Positions 37,446 to 46,490 of a DNA stretch of 64,000 nucleotides are shown piece by piece. The notes under the pieces are model-generated. The model had not been told where the DNA came from. It worked only from the letters and a program-made list of their open reading frames with translations, and did not search any database. The position numbers and the translations under genes were made by a program. Position 1 is the stretch's first letter, and each line of letters starts with the position of its first letter. This DNA is from an uncultured delta proteobacterium. GTDB taxonomy: Bacteria; Myxococcota_A; Polyangia; Haliangiales; Haliangiaceae. The DNA lies in contig CAWKDB010000002.1 in NCBI GenBank assembly GCA_963848295.1, positions 256,001-320,000 of the forward strand, read 5' to 3'.

Positions 37446-38287
37446 TCTTGGTTCGCCGAGATCGACGTGACCTTGCAGCCGTCCTCGTCGGAGTCGGTCG
37501 CCACGGTGTACGCGAAGTCGCCCGACTCTTCGTCGTGGACGCCGCCGGTCCACGTGTAGCCGCTGCCGCTCGCGGTGCGCTTGCTGACGTACGGCTGGCC
37601 CGAGGACGAGCCGTCGGCGAATGCCTGGCTGCCGATCTTGTCGGCGACGATCGCCGAGCATGACTTCGGCGTGACGTCGCCCTGCGTGCACAGGAGGCCG
37701 TCGACGTTCATATCGACGTCGTAGAGAAAGTCGCCGACCTTCGAGCTCGGCACGGTGACGGTGTAATGCTCGCTGCTCGTCTTCGCGTAGACCGGCGCCG
37801 CGCTCGAGTCGATCGGCGAGATCTGCTGAACCAACGGCAGGCACTGATCGCCGGTCGGATCCTCTTGGGTGCACGTCCCTTCCCAATACGGGTTCACGTT
37901 CGCGATGTACCAGTCGACCTTGCCCGAGCCATCCTCGATCAGCGAATCGGGGATCACGAGCGTGTCGCCAGCGCCGAAGAACACCTTCTTGTTCCAGCTG
38001 CTGTATGTCTTCGACGTGTCGTCGGTCTTCGTCAGCTTGCCCTTGTTGAAGCCGGAACCCTCGATGGTCGCGGTCACCGACGTCTTCTTGATGTCGAGCC
38101 ACACGGTGTTCGAGGTGCCGAGGTTCTGGCACGAGAAGTACAACGCGGTGCCATCGGCCTTACCGTCGTCGAAATCATCGTCACCGGAGTCGGACGACGT
38201 ACAGCCATGCAGAGCGAGCGGGACGATCAACGACAATGCGAAGACCAGCTTGTTCATGACGCGCCGCATTTGCAGGTCATAGGCCAC
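37442..38287 (-). CDS. Lipoprotein with DDGKADG motif (start may be a downstream ATG)
   Basis: LHGC lipobox followed by DDDFDDGKADG; two similar C-terminal segments (YTVTVPSSKVGDFLYDV / YTWTGGVHDEESGDFAYTV). Confidence 0.8.
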   Translation of the reverse strand: MAYDLQMRRVMNKLVFALSLIVPLALHGCTSSDSGDDDFDDGKADGTALYFSCQNLGTSNTVWLDIKKTSVTATIEGSGFNKGKLTKTDDTSKTYSSWNKKVFFGAGDTLVIPDSLIEDGSGKVDWYIANVNPYWEGTCTQEDPTGDQCLPLVQQISPIDSSAAPVYAKTSSEHYTVTVPSSKVGDFLYDVDMNVDGLLCTQGDVTPKSCSAIVADKIGSQAFADGSSSGQPYVSKRTASGSGYTWTGGVHDEESGDFAYTVATDSDEDGCKVTSISANQD

Positions 38288-38420
38288 GTCGCCCCGATGG
38301 CATTTCGTGTGGTTGGATCAGGGCGGGCGGGCAAATCGAATTGCCGCGGCAACTCGACTCGACGGTAATTGCTACCTTTATGCAACACCGGACCATCGAG
38401 CCGTGCGTACATCGCGCTTG

Positions 38421-39311
38421 ATGAAAGCCGCGTTGATCTCGCTCGCCGTGATGGCCGTGCCCAGCGTCGCCCTCGCCAGCCCGGAGGACGACGTCGGCGC
38501 GATCGTGGGCGCCACCGTCCAGCACCTGGCCGACGGCCCGACGACGTTCGCGAAGGGCGCGATCGTGATCGGCATCCGCGCCAACGTCTTCAACTACGAC
38601 ACCGGCGAGCGCCTGTCCGGCGCGAACGACGGCAACTCGCTGGACCTCAAGACCCATGGCCGGCTGTGGCCGATGATCATGGACAACGCGGATCCCAGGG
38701 CGAGCAAGCGCACGCTCGGCAAGGTCACGGTGGTCGTCGATCCGGCGTCACACACCGCGTGGTTCCAGGCGCCGCTCGAGGTCGCGCCGGTCAAGGGCGA
38801 GACCCGGACGTTCCACGTGTCCGGCGTCGCCACGGCCGATGCCAAGGGCGCGTGGTCGTTGCGCGTGTTCCAGGCCGGCGTCACGCTCGCCGACCGAAAG
38901 CTCAAGGACTTCGTCGTGCTCGCGCCGTGGGGGATGATGAAATGGGCTGCGACCAAGGAGCCTCGCGACGCGGCTGCCATCGCTTGGTTCAAGCACCACT
39001 CGTTCGCGAAGAACGCCGCGAGCGGCGTCGTGCTCGCCGGTGGCAGTGCGCCGCAAGAGCTGGCGACCGGGCCGGCGGCGATCAAGCTCGCGGCCGAGTT
39101 CGACAAGCTCGACATGCGGGCGATCGACGTCGCCACGACCGGCACGAGCCTCGTCACGACCGGAACCGCGCTGTGGCTGAACACCGGCAACGAACGCGAC
39201 GGCGAGATCGAGCTCGGCTTCGCGGCGTATGCGGTCAGGGAAGCAGGCGCCTGGAAGTGGCGTTCGCTCCAGTTCTTCGAGGACCAGTTCCCGAGGATCG
39301 GCGAGCCTTAA
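38421..39311 (+). CDS. Secreted hypothetical protein
   Basis: Signal peptide MKAALISLAVMAVPSVALA; strong GC3 bias. Confidence 0.75.
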   Translation: MKAALISLAVMAVPSVALASPEDDVGAIVGATVQHLADGPTTFAKGAIVIGIRANVFNYDTGERLSGANDGNSLDLKTHGRLWPMIMDNADPRASKRTLGKVTVVVDPASHTAWFQAPLEVAPVKGETRTFHVSGVATADAKGAWSLRVFQAGVTLADRKLKDFVVLAPWGMMKWAATKEPRDAAAIAWFKHHSFAKNAASGVVLAGGSAPQELATGPAAIKLAAEFDKLDMRAIDVATTGTSLVTTGTALWLNTGNERDGEIELGFAAYAVREAGAWKWRSLQFFEDQFPRIGEP

Positions 39312-39339
39312 CGATCCGTGATCGCGACGTGACCGAGGC

Positions 39340-40413
39340 ATGACGCGCGTCGCGGCGAACGCGCCGTACGATGGGATCATGCGCGTCGAATACCTCTCGA
39401 GGGGATCCCTCGTGTCGCAGTCCACCTATACCCACGAGCTGCGTCCAGCGCTGCCCGCGGAGGCGTTCGAGCCGGCCACTTCACGACTCGCGTTCGTGCC
39501 GGCCCATGTCGCGGTCATCGCGATGGCCACGATCGCGATCGCCGCTCACTGGGTTCCGTGGCCGCTCGTGCCGCTGCTCTCGCTCGCGATCGGCATCAGC
39601 TTCGCGTGCTTGACCTTCGTCGGGCACGAGACCGTGCATGGCGGGATCGTCCGAGGGCATCGCATCCGGCAGCTCGTCGCCTGGGTGTGCTTCTTGCCGT
39701 TCACGCTGTCGCCTCGGCTGTGGGCGGCGTGGCACGACCGCGTCCACCACGCGAACGCGAACCTCGCCGAGGATCCCGACATGTATCCGACCCTCGCGGA
39801 GTACCGCGGCAGCGGCAAGATCCGGTTCGTGGTGAACGCGTTCTCGCTCGGCGGCAGGCGCTGGCGCGGCGGGCTCAGCTTGATCCTCGGCTTCACCGTC
39901 CAGAGCGCTCATCAGCTGATCGACGCACGGCGATTCCTGAAGCCGCGCGCGTTCAAGGTCGCGCTGGCCGAGACCCTCGCCGGCGTCGCGTTATGGGCGA
40001 CGGTCGCGGCGCTCGTCGGGTTCGTCCCGTTCTTGTTCGTGTTCGTCCTGCCGTTGGTGGTCGCGAACGTGATCGTGATGTCGTTCATCCTGACGAACCA
40101 CGGGTTGAGCCCACGGGTCGAGATCAATGATCCCCTCGCCAGCGGGCTCAGCGTGACCGCGCCGCGCTGGATCGAGTGGCTGACGTTGAACTTCGGCTAT
40201 CACGTCGAGCACCATCTGTTTCCCGCGATGAGCTCGCGCCACGCGCGTCGCGTGAGGGATGGCCTGCGGCTGCGCTGGCCACTCCGCTACAAGTCGATGC
40301 CGCTCGGGGCCGCGCTCGCCGAGTTGCATCGCACCGCGCGCGTTTACAAGGACGCGACCACGCTCGTCGATCCGCGGACCGGCCGCGAGTTCGCGACGCT
40401 GATGCCCGGCTAG
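39340..40413 (+). CDS. Membrane fatty acid desaturase (start uncertain)
   Basis: Three histidine boxes HETVH, HDRVHH, HVEHH and TM segments. Confidence 0.92.
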   Translation: MTRVAANAPYDGIMRVEYLSRGSLVSQSTYTHELRPALPAEAFEPATSRLAFVPAHVAVIAMATIAIAAHWVPWPLVPLLSLAIGISFACLTFVGHETVHGGIVRGHRIRQLVAWVCFLPFTLSPRLWAAWHDRVHHANANLAEDPDMYPTLAEYRGSGKIRFVVNAFSLGGRRWRGGLSLILGFTVQSAHQLIDARRFLKPRAFKVALAETLAGVALWATVAALVGFVPFLFVFVLPLVVANVIVMSFILTNHGLSPRVEINDPLASGLSVTAPRWIEWLTLNFGYHVEHHLFPAMSSRHARRVRDGLRLRWPLRYKSMPLGAALAELHRTARVYKDATTLVDPRTGREFATLMPG

Positions 40414-40456
40414 CCGACGGTGCGACTCCCGCGATCCTGATACCGTCCGTTGAGTC

Positions 40457-40933
40457 ATGGCCGAGCAGAATGAGCTCATCGAGCTCGAGATCGCAGCGTT
40501 CCAGGGCCCGCACATCAAGCGCGCCCGGATGGTCCTCGCGGCCACCGGCGTGCTCTACGTGATCCTCGGCTACCTCGACTACGGCGACATCGCGAAGGCG
40601 CGCGAGCGCGTGCACACCCTCACCGCCGCCGGGGTAGACCTCGGCGACGCCCCGCACCTGGTCAACATGGCGCTGGCGGTCGCGGTGGCGGCGGTCGCCG
40701 GTGGTATCGCCAATGTCGCGCTCGCCGTGCTCGGCGGCACGAAGACGATGATCGTGTTCTACGTGGCCGCGGCGATCTTCATCGGGCAGTCGGCGCTCAA
40801 CCTCTACGTCTCGGGCGGCGCGATGCTGACGAGCTTGCTGTGGTGGCTGATCGCGATCGTCCTCGGTATGGGGTTCATGGCCGCGTTCAAAGCCGAGCAG
40901 CTGCGCAAGCGCCCGGTTCCTGCCCGAGGTTAG
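40457..40933 (+). CDS. Hypothetical membrane protein (about 4 TM)
   Basis: 158 aa with four hydrophobic segments. Confidence 0.8.
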   Translation: MAEQNELIELEIAAFQGPHIKRARMVLAATGVLYVILGYLDYGDIAKARERVHTLTAAGVDLGDAPHLVNMALAVAVAAVAGGIANVALAVLGGTKTMIVFYVAAAIFIGQSALNLYVSGGAMLTSLLWWLIAIVLGMGFMAAFKAEQLRKRPVPARG

Positions 40934-41010
40934 CGTCGAGGTGAGGGTCCTTGCCTTCATTGCCGTACAAGCTCACTGACCACTCGGGCGGTTGACGCTC
41001 TTGTTCGATC

Positions 41011-42267
41011 ATGGATGATCGAACGATGGTCGAGAACGACAGCGCCTTCGCCGCAACGGTCGCGCCGAGCTCCGATTCGCCGGCGATGCTGGCCGAGACG
41101 CATGCGACGCTCGCTCAGGGGTCGACCGCGGGGTTGGCGCTGTCCATGCGGTCGACGGTGTTGCCGCGGGGGACGGTTGGCGATCTCCGCGTCGAGGCGC
41201 CACCAGCGGCGCAGCGGTTCGTGCCGGTTCGCCTGCTCGGCATCGGCGGGATCGGCGAGGTGACGTTGGTCCAGGACCACGACATCGATCGACCCGTCGC
41301 GCTCAAGCGGCTTCGTCCCGAAGCGAGCTCCCCCGAGCTCGTCCATCGGTTCGCGCAAGAGATCCGCACCGTCGGCCAGCTCGAACATCCGAACATCGCG
41401 CCGGTTCATGACGTCGGCATCGACGACGAAGGTCACCACTACTTCGTGATGCGCTACGTCGAAGGCGAAACGCTCGAGCACATCATCGCCAAGCTCGCCG
41501 CGGGCGACCCCGCGTATCACGCGCGCTTCCCGTTCGAGCACCGCACACAGGTCTTCCTGGGCGTGTTGAATGCGATCGCCTACGCGCACGGCAAGCAGAT
41601 CCTCCACCGTGACATCAAGCCATCGAACATCATGGTCGGCCCTTACGGCGAGGTCGTGGTCATGGACTGGGGCATCGCGAAGAAGAAGACCGCCGAGGAG
41701 ATGGCCGGTCCGCACGCGGACTCGCAGATCGACGGCGAGACGCGGGCGCAGTTGTTTCGCACCCGCCATGGATCACTCATCGGCACCCCGGCGTACATGT
41801 CACCGGAGCAGGCGCAGGGCGCGACCGATCGCATCGACGAGCGCAGCGATATCTACGCGCTGTGTGTCGTGCTCTACGAGCTCCTCACGCTCCAGCACTA
41901 CCTGCCGGAGCGCACGACCATGGCACACATGCTCGCCTCGATCGCAGACGACGAGCATGTGAGCGCAGCCTTTGTGCCCAACCGGCATCAGACCCCGGTG
42001 CCGGCGGAGCTCAGTTGGTTCATCGAGAAGGGACTCGAGAAGCCACCGGGTGCGCGTTACCAGACGGTGACCGAGATGATCACGAGGCTCGAGCATGCGA
42101 TGGCCGGCCTGTTCCCGGTGCAGTGCCCGGTCACATTCCTCAAGACGGTCGGCGGTCGCGGCGTGCGCTTCGTCGATCGCCATCCGATCGTCTCGATGGT
42201 CGGGACGCCGGCCGCGGCCGGTCTGATGATCTTCGGCTTGGTCGAGCTCGTGCTCAAGCTCGTCTAG
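41011..42267 (+). CDS. Ser/Thr protein kinase with C-terminal TM
   Basis: LGIGGIGEV, VALK, HRDIKPSN, DWG, GTPAYMSPEQ. Confidence 0.93.
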   Translation: MDDRTMVENDSAFAATVAPSSDSPAMLAETHATLAQGSTAGLALSMRSTVLPRGTVGDLRVEAPPAAQRFVPVRLLGIGGIGEVTLVQDHDIDRPVALKRLRPEASSPELVHRFAQEIRTVGQLEHPNIAPVHDVGIDDEGHHYFVMRYVEGETLEHIIAKLAAGDPAYHARFPFEHRTQVFLGVLNAIAYAHGKQILHRDIKPSNIMVGPYGEVVVMDWGIAKKKTAEEMAGPHADSQIDGETRAQLFRTRHGSLIGTPAYMSPEQAQGATDRIDERSDIYALCVVLYELLTLQHYLPERTTMAHMLASIADDEHVSAAFVPNRHQTPVPAELSWFIEKGLEKPPGARYQTVTEMITRLEHAMAGLFPVQCPVTFLKTVGGRGVRFVDRHPIVSMVGTPAAAGLMIFGLVELVLKLV

Positions 42268-42271
42268 GCGC

Positions 42272-43030
42272 TCAGCGAATCGCGACGCGGGGAAGGGTCA
42301 GGTAATGCGTGTCGCTCTTCGGGTCGCCGAGGCGTTGGCGATAGCCCTCGCGGTGGATCGAGTGCGTGTTGACATCGGGCAAGCGCAGCGCGACGTCCTC
42401 CGACGTCGGCGCGAGTGGACCGCGGCGGACCAAGCTCGCATACGCCTCTTTCGCGCCGGCGAGCTCGCCGGTCGTCCGACCTCGTGCGGTAGCCGCGGCC
42501 TCGACCTGGGGCTCGAGCGCGAACCACTTGGCCTGCGCCTTCGCGAGCTGGCCGCGATACCCGGCGGTGTCGTAGGTGTCGCTGCCGAGCAGGTGGTGAT
42601 CGATGGCCTTCGCTCGCTCGAGCTCGCGCTCGCTGCGTAAGACCTCGAGCTGAGCGGTCAGGAATTCGCCGCGCAGCTCGCGCCACGCGAGGTCGGCGCG
42701 GCGGACCGCGACAGTCGCGCTATCGATCTGCGTGATCGCCGCGGCCTTGCGGCGCTCTTGGCCCTCGATCGCGGCGGCCCAGCTGTCGCCCGGCGCGGCG
42801 GGCGTGACGTCGGGGTGGTGCACCGCGGGCAGCGCGAGCATGCGGCGGTCCTCCGCGGTCGCGAGAACGATCGCGTAGAGCTCGCCTTCGGTCTGCGCGA
42901 CCTTCGCATCGTGCGCGCGATCGAGAGACGCGCGTTCCGCGGCAGGCACGGTCTGCCAATCCGCGAGTGGAACGCTCGTAAACCCAGCACAACCCGTCAA
43001 GACAAGTGCGACGAGATGGAATCCCCTCAT
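42272..43030 (-). CDS. Helical/coiled-coil lipoprotein
   Basis: MRGFHLVALVLTGC lipobox; Ala/Glu/Arg-rich helices. Confidence 0.7.
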   Translation of the reverse strand: MRGFHLVALVLTGCAGFTSVPLADWQTVPAAERASLDRAHDAKVAQTEGELYAIVLATAEDRRMLALPAVHHPDVTPAAPGDSWAAAIEGQERRKAAAITQIDSATVAVRRADLAWRELRGEFLTAQLEVLRSERELERAKAIDHHLLGSDTYDTAGYRGQLAKAQAKWFALEPQVEAAATARGRTTGELAGAKEAYASLVRRGPLAPTSEDVALRLPDVNTHSIHREGYRQRLGDPKSDTHYLTLPRVAIR

Positions 43031-43160
43031 CGTCCGATCGTGCAACGGTTTGCCGCGCGCGTCAGTAGTGCAGCCTGCAAGAAATCGTGAGCCCGAAGTG
43101 AGCGCGTACTGTCGCGCATGCGCGTACAGGTGCGTGCGCGTGAGCGCCCCGATGTCGCTG

Positions 43161-43568
43161 CTAACCCTGTTCGACGGGCTTGCCGGCTTTCACCCAGCCC
43201 GCGATCCCGGCCGGCATGATGTAGACGTCGGTGTAACCCAGCTTTTCCGCCGCGACCGCGGCGGTATGGCAGGCGTGTCAACTCTCGTTGTGACAGTAGA
43301 AGATCAACGTCGCGGCCTTATCGGGGGCGAGATCGCCAGCCTTGATGTCCTCGTCGTCGACCCACTTCGCCCCCGGCACGTGCGCCTTCTGCCAGACCTC
43401 TCTTGGATTGGCGTCGTAGAGGAACGTCTTGCCGTCTTTCGCGGCGATGCGCGTCGCGACCTGATCGACGGTCAGCGGCCGGAGCTCGTGTGGACCGCCG
43501 GCCGCGGTGTCCTTCGCGCAACCGACGAGCGCCACGGTGATGAGGATCAACAGCGAGCGGCGTTGCAT
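43161..43568 (-). CDS. Rhodanese-like lipoprotein, predicted selenoprotein (Sec97; UGA at 43278-43280)
   Basis: LVGC lipobox; YDAN..HVPGAKWV..LIFYCHNES-UGA-HACHTAAVAAEKLGYTDVYIMPAGIAGWVKAGKPVEQG-TAG; the post-UGA frame completes the rhodanese C-terminal signature. Confidence 0.88.
43247..43264 (-). promoter_or_regulatory. Bacterial SECIS-like hairpin
   Basis: mRNA CCGCCGC-GGUC-GCGGCGG; stem begins after a 13-nt spacer and loop after 20 nt from the UGA. Confidence 0.75.
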
Positions 43569-43605
43569 GGGTGACAGGCTAGCTCGTTCTTCGCGGTAGC
43601 GCGAG

Positions 43606-44640
43606 CTACGGATCGAAGTCACCGCCGCACACCGTCATGTCGTACGCGACCGGCAACCCGGTGCTCCCGTCGTAGGCGCCGACCCAGATCCAGTACTTCG
43701 TGCTCGGTAGCACCGCGAACGTATTGAACTCGTCCTCGGTCAACGACGTGAGCGTCGCGGTCGCGGTCGCGATCGTCTGGTTCTCCTGGAACACGACGTA
43801 GTCGAGATCGGCCGTCGCGCCCGGCCAGTTGAGCCGGACCGACAGCTCGTTCGCGCGCTCGCCGGTCGTGATCTCGTAGGTGTCGCGGTCGAGGTACTTG
43901 TCGCTGCCCGCGGCGACCGAGCCGCTCGATCCCGAGAGGTGTACGCTCTTGTTGCGGTCGACGGTCAGCCCGGTCGGCTCGGCGGCGTCATCGGCCGGGG
44001 TCAGCGTGAATGGCGTCGTCTGGCTGAAGTCGACGAGCATCACGTCGTTGCCGGTATTCGTCGCGGTGTCGAGCGCCTCGACGTAGTCCGGCATCGGCAC
44101 GCCGGTCGAATCGGGGCAGCGGTTCGTCGGCTGATCGGTGACCAACCGCACTTTGTACGGGATCGGCGCCGCGACGTCGGCGGTGCCGGTCGCGGTCACG
44201 ACGACCTCGTAGTTGCCGGCGTCGAGCTCGGCGAGAAACGCACCGTGATCGCCGAGCGTCGGGTCGAGCGTGCCGGCGTTCTCCAGCACCGGGTTTGGCG
44301 AGCTGTCGAAGATCTCGACCTTGAAGCCGGTGAGGCCGGTCGGCTGTGCGTTGTTGAACTGGATCAGCAGCTCGGCCGGGCTCGCGGGAATCGCGAGTTG
44401 ATACGTATCGACGTCCACCGTCCCCGACGCTGCGCTGAAGTGTCCCGAGTCGACTTGGCCGCAGATCGTCCGCGTCACGTCGACGGTGAGCCCGGTCGCC
44501 TCGAGCATCGTCGCGTTCGTCGCGTCGGACAGCTCGGTGTAGTCGCACTCGGGCAACGCGTCGACGTAGGCATCGCTACCTGCGCCACCTCCGCACGCAG
44601 CGAGCCCGACGAACGCAACGGCCACAGGGATGCGCATCAT
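43606..44640 (-). CDS. Acidic lipoprotein with two PPC-like beta domains
   Basis: LAAC lipobox; DVDTYQL and DRDTYEI, LSVRLNW..ADLDYVV, YWIWVGAYDG. Confidence 0.75.
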   Translation of the reverse strand: MMRIPVAVAFVGLAACGGGAGSDAYVDALPECDYTELSDATNATMLEATGLTVDVTRTICGQVDSGHFSAASGTVDVDTYQLAIPASPAELLIQFNNAQPTGLTGFKVEIFDSSPNPVLENAGTLDPTLGDHGAFLAELDAGNYEVVVTATGTADVAAPIPYKVRLVTDQPTNRCPDSTGVPMPDYVEALDTATNTGNDVMLVDFSQTTPFTLTPADDAAEPTGLTVDRNKSVHLSGSSGSVAAGSDKYLDRDTYEITTGERANELSVRLNWPGATADLDYVVFQENQTIATATATLTSLTEDEFNTFAVLPSTKYWIWVGAYDGSTGLPVAYDMTVCGGDFDP

Positions 44641-44888
44641 CATCCCTACTCGCGTACAAGGCGAACGCCCGCGGCGCAAGCTCTGATCGCAAACTGATCG
44701 TTAGCAGGCGATGCGCACGCGCGTCAGGGTCGACGAATTTGCCCGGTGCTGCCACGACGTCGTGATGTGACTTCAAGGCGTGCTGCACGTACATCTCGGG
44801 ACGATCGCGAAACGTTAACGCCTGTGACCAGTCCGTCTGTTACCGTTACCGCCTGGCCGTGATCCACTAGCAGTTGTCGGAGGACACG

Positions 44889-46490
44889 ATGTCGAATCGA
44901 TTGGGCTGGCTCGCGCTCGCGGTGGCTACGGGATGCACGACGCAAGACCCGACCTCGGGCGAACGCACCAAGGTGCAGTATGGATCGCAGCTCGGCGCGC
45001 CGGCGCCGCCGCAGACGTTCGTGCCGCTGACAAACCAACCGGAGTTTGCGGCGAACCTCTCGCTCGTGTTGCCCGACGGCACCGTGATGTCGCAGGACAC
45101 CGATGCAGGCGACTGGTGGCGGCTGACGCCGGACCTCACCGGCAGCTACATCAACGGCACGTGGACCGAGCTCGCGTCGCTGCCGGATGGTTACTCGCCG
45201 TTGTATTACGCCTCCGCAGTGCTGCCCGACGGCCGCGTGATCGTCGAAGGCGGCGAGTACAACGGCGGCGGCGAGGGCGTGTGGACCACGCTCGGCGCGA
45301 TCTACGACCCCGCGATGGATCAATGGACGTCGGTAGACCCGCCGACCGGCTGGGGCACGATCGGCGATGCGCAGAGCGTCGTACTCGCCGATGGCCGGTT
45401 CATGATGGCCGACTGCTGCACGACCAACGAGGCGATCCTCGACGCGACCAGCTTGACCTGGACGCCGACCGGCACCGGCAAGGAAGACATCAACGACGAA
45501 GAAGGCTGGACGCTGTTGCCCGACAACACGCTGTTGACCGTCGACGCGACGAACGGCGGCAAGCCGATGGAGTCGGAGAACTACGACCCGACGACCGGCA
45601 CGTGGTCGAGCCTCGGCGATACGCCGGTGCTGCTCGCCGATCCGGGCTCGAGCGAGCTCGGCCCCGCGGTGCTGCGCCCGAACGGCACCGTGATCGCGAC
45701 CGGCGCGACCGGGCACAACGCGGTCTACGACACCGCGACCAAGACGTGGACCGCGGCGCCTGACTTCCCGATCGTCGCCGGCGGTCAGCTCGATATCGCC
45801 GACGGCCCGGGCGCGTTGATGCCGAACGGCAACGTGCTGTTCGCCGCGAGCCCCGGCGTGTTCGGCAACGGCGTCGTGTTCTTCGAGTGGGATGGCACGG
45901 CGTTCAACATGGTCGACGGCCCCGACTTCGCGCCCGATCTCACGTCGTATCAATGCAACCTGTTGCCGCTGCCGAGCGGCGAGATCATGTTCACCTCGCA
46001 ATCCTCGGACGTCGAGATCTACGAGCCGGTGCCGCCGGCCGACACGAGCGCGTTCCAACCGGTGGTCACCGCGGTGCCGGTGCTCGAGGGCACCACCGGG
46101 CTGACCGGGCGCGAGATCGCGAACACGCGCAGCGTCGAGCACCACGCGGCGACCAGCGGGCTGTCGCCGTATCAACTGCCGCTGATGACGATCTACACCG
46201 GCCACACGTACACGGTGAGCGGCACGCGCCTCAACGGCGTATCGCAAGGGGCGGCGTACGGCGACGACGGCCAAGCCTCGACGGCGTTCCCGCTCGTCCG
46301 GTTCACGAACATGACGACCGGGCACGTCCAGTACGCGCGCACGCACGACGGCAGCAACTTCGCGATCGCTCCGACGACGACCGGCTCGACGCACGTCGAT
46401 GTCCCGGCCGGCATCGAAGGCGGACTCGCGAAGCTGGAAGTAGTCGCGAGCGGCGTCGCGTCGCCGGGATTGCTCGTCAACGTGAAGTGA
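44889..46490 (+). CDS. Kelch-repeat (galactose oxidase-like propeller) lipoprotein
   Basis: ATGC lipobox; repeats VLPDGTV, VLPDGRVIVEGG..IYDP..WT, LLPDNTL..YDPTTGTWS, LMPNGNVL. Confidence 0.85.
   Translation: MSNRLGWLALAVATGCTTQDPTSGERTKVQYGSQLGAPAPPQTFVPLTNQPEFAANLSLVLPDGTVMSQDTDAGDWWRLTPDLTGSYINGTWTELASLPDGYSPLYYASAVLPDGRVIVEGGEYNGGGEGVWTTLGAIYDPAMDQWTSVDPPTGWGTIGDAQSVVLADGRFMMADCCTTNEAILDATSLTWTPTGTGKEDINDEEGWTLLPDNTLLTVDATNGGKPMESENYDPTTGTWSSLGDTPVLLADPGSSELGPAVLRPNGTVIATGATGHNAVYDTATKTWTAAPDFPIVAGGQLDIADGPGALMPNGNVLFAASPGVFGNGVVFFEWDGTAFNMVDGPDFAPDLTSYQCNLLPLPSGEIMFTSQSSDVEIYEPVPPADTSAFQPVVTAVPVLEGTTGLTGREIANTRSVEHHAATSGLSPYQLPLMTIYTGHTYTVSGTRLNGVSQGAAYGDDGQASTAFPLVRFTNMTTGHVQYARTHDGSNFAIAPTTTGSTHVDVPAGIEGGLAKLEVVASGVASPGLLVNVK

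Noticed and set aside
32563..43000. Integrated prophage or ICE at tRNA-Val
   Set aside because: No integrase, phage or conjugation genes, and no duplicated tRNA 3' end found by eye
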